DNA of 64,000 bases from a virus (Duplodnaviria; Caudoviricetes): positions 1-64,000 of IMG/VR virus record IMGVR_UViG_3300048502_000185. One strand, 5' to 3'. Under the pieces are notes generated by a model, which did not search any database, was not told the origin of the DNA, and saw only the letters and a list, made by a program, of their open reading frames with translations. The first letter of the stretch is position 1; each line of letters opens with the position of its first letter. Made by a program: the position numbers and the translations under genes. Positions 60,830 to 64,000 of this stretch are shown here, piece by piece.

Positions 60830-61405
60830 TTATTCCTTCGGACCGCAAGCAACGTCAGGAATATTCCTGAGTTCGTTATATTCGTTCACATCACCGCACT
60901 GTATGTCCAATGTAGCGCACCCTTGATCCTTGCACATTACATTCCCAGCGCCCAAGTGCTGTAAGCCCAGTGCATGACCCAACTCATGCCTGGTATCCTG
61001 TACATCAAAGTCGGTTCCAGATGGGACGTAAGAATTGCCCCAACCCTGATAATCGCAATAATAAGGATCCTTTGCTGCTATACTTTTATGCCAGAAAGTA
61101 ATTCCAATGGTATTGGGATTTTCCGAAATGGACTTTATGTCGGCAAGGCTCATTGGATGTATGCTGATGCAATCAATATCCTCGTCATCGCATGCCATGT
61201 TTAGAACCGTGATATTAAAACCTACATTGGTCTTACTTGACCAATCGTCAAGAGCACCAACTACATCGGAGATATTGTCGCCAAAAGCAGGGTCAACGAA
61301 CACATTGTAATTCGTGGGATAAATTCTACCCCCAGCGCACCCAATTGACAACGAACCAATGCCAGAAAGAAGCAAGCAACCCACTGTTAAACTTAATGCC
61401 TTCAT
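60830..61405 (-). CDS. Matrixin-like (metzincin) zinc metalloprotease lipoprotein
   Basis: HELGHALGLQH followed by a Met-turn (NVM); lipobox SIGC. Confidence 0.85.
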   Translation of the reverse strand: MKALSLTVGCLLLSGIGSLSIGCAGGRIYPTNYNVFVDPAFGDNISDVVGALDDWSSKTNVGFNITVLNMACDDEDIDCISIHPMSLADIKSISENPNTIGITFWHKSIAAKDPYYCDYQGWGNSYVPSGTDFDVQDTRHELGHALGLQHLGAGNVMCKDQGCATLDIQCGDVNEYNELRNIPDVACGPKE

Positions 61406-61759
61406 TATCAAACCTCTTGATAACAATCGGCTTTTGATATTCGATGGGAAGCATGTGAGAGATTGTAGGCAAACTACCTATTCCTACCGCATCTATTAGA
61501 GTGCGGTTAGGTTCCCTTACATCAAAACAATAGTAAGTATTATGCCCGTTATGAGCATATTGAAAGACGGCAAGATATCTCCCATTGTGGGATGTGTAGT
61601 CCAAAGTGTTAAGAATTTTTTCCCACATGTTTCCTTTCGAGAAAGTTATTGAAAGATATCCTACATGTGTCCTTACATTCCCACCAAGGAACGGTAAATG
61701 TAAGCAAACCATCACGCAGGCTTTAGTAATTCAAACTACATACCCGATGGGAACATCGG

Positions 61760-62065
61760 TTAGCCTCTAACGAAACCATGTTCCCTAAGCCCTTCTTTAG
61801 TAATGGGATTCGGCAGATCGTTAAAAAAAGTAACGAGGGCTTCTCTTACCATACTTGCGTCATCTTTGGTTACCTTCACATCATATTCCATAGAAGTATC
61901 ATCGGCGCCGCCAACGTGCAATCGAAACATACATGTCTCACCGTTAGCATCAATGTATTCATACATCTTGCACTCAACGCAATTACGCGGAAAGTTAGGG
62001 CTCCAATCATCCGACGTTGGATACATGAAACGCTTGAGTAGGAGAATGTCGTTTTTCTTTTTCAT
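61760..62065 (-). CDS. Hypothetical protein
   Basis: TSDDWSPNF...VGGADD. Confidence 0.55.
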   Translation of the reverse strand: MKKKNDILLLKRFMYPTSDDWSPNFPRNCVECKMYEYIDANGETCMFRLHVGGADDTSMEYDVKVTKDDASMVREALVTFFNDLPNPITKEGLREHGFVRG

Positions 62066-62510
62066 CGCTTGGGCTTCCTGATTAACTTCCCGAACTTATA
62101 ACTATACTTGACTTTTTCAGTATCAACTAAAACTGCCAATTCCTTTTGAACGGTTTCATAGGCTTCGAAAACAGCCCTCCAGCGCTTTACGGTATCGCTG
62201 TCTACATCGGCTTCCCAACCCCTCCCTTTGGACACAAGAATAAATCCAACATCATCCCCAGTAAACGGCGCGTCAATATAAATTTTCATAATTATCTCCT
62301 TGGTTTCTAACACGATGGGAACATGCCAAGGTATACCGTCCTTGGCTTCCCCGTATTGGGGCTGCATCAAAGCAGGAAAGATGCGTGCCGATGGGAAGGT
62401 GCTTGTTGGCGCGAAAGAAGATGGCAGCAATCTTGCGTCATTGCAAAAATCAAACCAACTTCCCCAATAAAATCAAATGCTTACATTGCAGGCAAATGTA
62501 ATCAAAGGAT

Positions 62511-62536
62511 AAAAAATGGGGGACATATGTCCCCCA
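62511..62536 (-). terminator. Intrinsic terminator / perfect palindrome
   Basis: TGGGGGACATATGTCCCCCA (20-bp palindrome, 62517-62536) followed by TTTTTT on the minus strand. Confidence 0.7.
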
Positions 62537-62560
62537 CGTTAGGGCACGCAGTATTCAAAA

Positions 62561-63031
62561 TCATCGCACCACTTCGGGACAAGGGATAATCGCCCTAATC
62601 AAGTCGCACATGGTTACTTTGGCGGAGAAGGAGTTGTCGTCGTAAAATTCAGCGACGACAAAGTGGGTGATGTAGTCGGCGGCATAGTGGACACCAGCGG
62701 CAAAGTGGGCGGCGTGGTCGGCGTAGTCGATGCTGTTGTCGATGCTGACCTGCTCAGTCGAAGGCTCAGCACGACACCATGCTTCTGCGGTTTCGATCGC
62801 GATAAGAGCCTCTGGTCTTGTGGCGAAAGGGATAACCGTCCTAGCGCATGCGCATGCGGCGAGAACGATATCTCGCCGACTAACGCCGGTACGTCCAGCC
62901 AACCAGAAAAGCCAAGCGGGCCTAGTGCATGCAGCGTACGCTTCGGAAAGCGTAGAATAATCCGAGGCAAACTCGATTGCCTCGTCGCAGGCTTTCAGGG
63001 ATTTTAGATACTTGATATGCGTAGCAGTCAT
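62561..63031 (-). CDS. Imm5-like protein, paralog 1, with an NNY-codon C-terminal tract
   Basis: DIVLAACACARTV.PF...ALIAIETAEAWC resembles Imm5-like helical repeat proteins. Confidence 0.7.
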   Translation of the reverse strand: MTATHIKYLKSLKACDEAIEFASDYSTLSEAYAACTRPAWLFWLAGRTGVSRRDIVLAACACARTVIPFATRPEALIAIETAEAWCRAEPSTEQVSIDNSIDYADHAAHFAAGVHYAADYITHFVVAEFYDDNSFSAKVTMCDLIRAIIPCPEVVR

Positions 63032-63085
63032 TGTAATGTTCTTCCTTTATATAGTTTCTAATTGAAGACCTGATGGGTTAGCTAA

Positions 63086-63616
63086 TCACTCAACGCACAC
63101 CACTTCGGGACAAGGGATAATCGCCCTAATCAAGTCGCACATGTTCACACGGGCGTCGGCGTTGGCTGCGTCGGCGGCGTCGGCGGCGTCGACGGCGTCG
63201 GCGGCATAGGTAGCGGCGGCGGCGCGGGCGGCGTAGGCGGCGCGGGCGGCGTAGACGGCGGCAGCGCGGGCGTAGACGGCGGCAGAGGCGGCGGCAGAGG
63301 CGGCGTCGACGGCGCCGTAGGCGCGGACGCGCACTTGTTCAATCGTCGCCTCGCCACGACACCATGCTTCTGCCGTTTCGATCGCGATGAGGGCTTCTGG
63401 TCCTGTGGCGAACGGTAAAGCAGTTCTAGCACATGCGCATGCGGCGAGAACGATGTCCTGGCGACTAACGCCGGTATGTCCCGCCAACCAGAAAAGCCAA
63501 TCTGGCCTAGTGCACGCAGCGTACGCGTCTGAAAGAGACGAATAATCCGAGGCAAACTCGATTGCAGGGTCGCAGGCGCCCAGGTACTGAAGGTAGGTGA
63601 TATGCGTAGCAGTCAT
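63086..63616 (-). CDS. Imm5-like protein, paralog 2, with an Ala-rich NNY-codon tract
   Basis: Same N-terminal domain; GCC-rich tract 63149..63331. Confidence 0.7.
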   Translation of the reverse strand: MTATHITYLQYLGACDPAIEFASDYSSLSDAYAACTRPDWLFWLAGHTGVSRQDIVLAACACARTALPFATGPEALIAIETAEAWCRGEATIEQVRVRAYGAVDAASAAASAAVYARAAAVYAARAAYAARAAAATYAADAVDAADAADAANADARVNMCDLIRAIIPCPEVVCVE

Positions 63617-64000
63617 TGTTATTCTCTTTCTTTATATAGTTTCTAATTGAAGACCTGATGGGTTAGCTAATCACGACTACAAAAGCCGTGCCATTCATTC
63701 GCAATGCTCTGGTGAACGCTTCGGCATGATAAGACGTATAGAAAACTCGAACGGACTTTCCGAAAGAAACATAATAGTGGGTCATTGTCATTCTCTTTCT
63801 GATGTTAAATCTCGATGGGCTACACCACAAATATTTTTTATGGCTTCGTCTTGACGATCACGAAACGCAGCATATCCTACCTTATCAATAATCTGATATC
63901 GAATCTCGTTATATACTCTTAAGCTAGGCTGAAGTAGCGCATCATATATTCTTTTCACTTCAGGAGTCATTGTATGTTCTTTCTTTATATCTTAGTTTCT

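Larger units (their letters stand above)
3915..63819 (-). repeat. Dispersed polar motif, coding-strand consensus (G/A)TTCCCATCGG (core CCCATC), about 78 copies
   Basis: GATGGG on + counted by eye per 10 kb: 1, 6, 2, 11, 11, 35, then 12 in the last 4 kb; only about 4 CCCATC seen on +. Confidence 0.9.

Noticed and set aside
6025-62960. Most plus-strand ORFs in the track (e.g. 11372..11797, 38684..39364, 40405..40965, 51142..51477, 54383..54796)
   Set aside because: Antisense shadows of low-complexity or GC-richer minus-strand genes; no SD or recognisable motifs
15747-63819. Motif as integron attC sites
   Set aside because: No RYYYAAC/GTTRRRY boxes, no long imperfect palindrome and no integron integrase in view

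Overview
This window is a 64-kb piece of a large, AT-rich dsDNA phage genome, covering its accessory/early-gene region. No capsid, terminase or polymerase genes are in view. Almost every credible gene is on the minus strand; the exceptions are one tnpB copy, one HNH gene and one start-less ORF. Bases 1-25 are a library amplification adapter, so the left end is not biological. Cargo in the first 12 kb and elsewhere (lipoproteins with DAG/EAS low-complexity stalks and Cys-rich heads, FGE-sulfatase, LamG, GH16, an outer-membrane barrel) points by inference to a Gram-negative, probably Myxococcota/Polyangiales, host. Recognisable parts: two tnpB-only IS200/IS605 elements with both end hairpins plus a hybrid-end scar; about 21 paralogs of an HREDGPA-repeat protein ending in ...FERLMxLKAFW; an FtsK motor lacking the gamma domain; a CMP/dCMP-type deaminase; a beta-class DNA MTase with an adjacent PD-(D/E)xK-like gene; an orphan Xre/MbcA/ParS-type antitoxin; HNH, pentapeptide-repeat, matrixin and DUF2786 genes; and tRNA-Leu(CAA). 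The most striking unexplained signal is a polar motif, 5'-TTCCCATCGG-3' on the coding strand (core GATGGG on +). By eye it occurs about 78 times in one orientation against about 4 in the other, mostly at gene ends, and its density rises steeply toward the right end, like a stoperator or cassette-boundary system. The second is a pair of Imm5-like genes whose 3' tracts are almost pure NNY codons followed by an identical 46-nt tail, resembling DGR variable repeats. All counts were made by eye and no database searches were run. Several frameshifts look like consensus artefacts.
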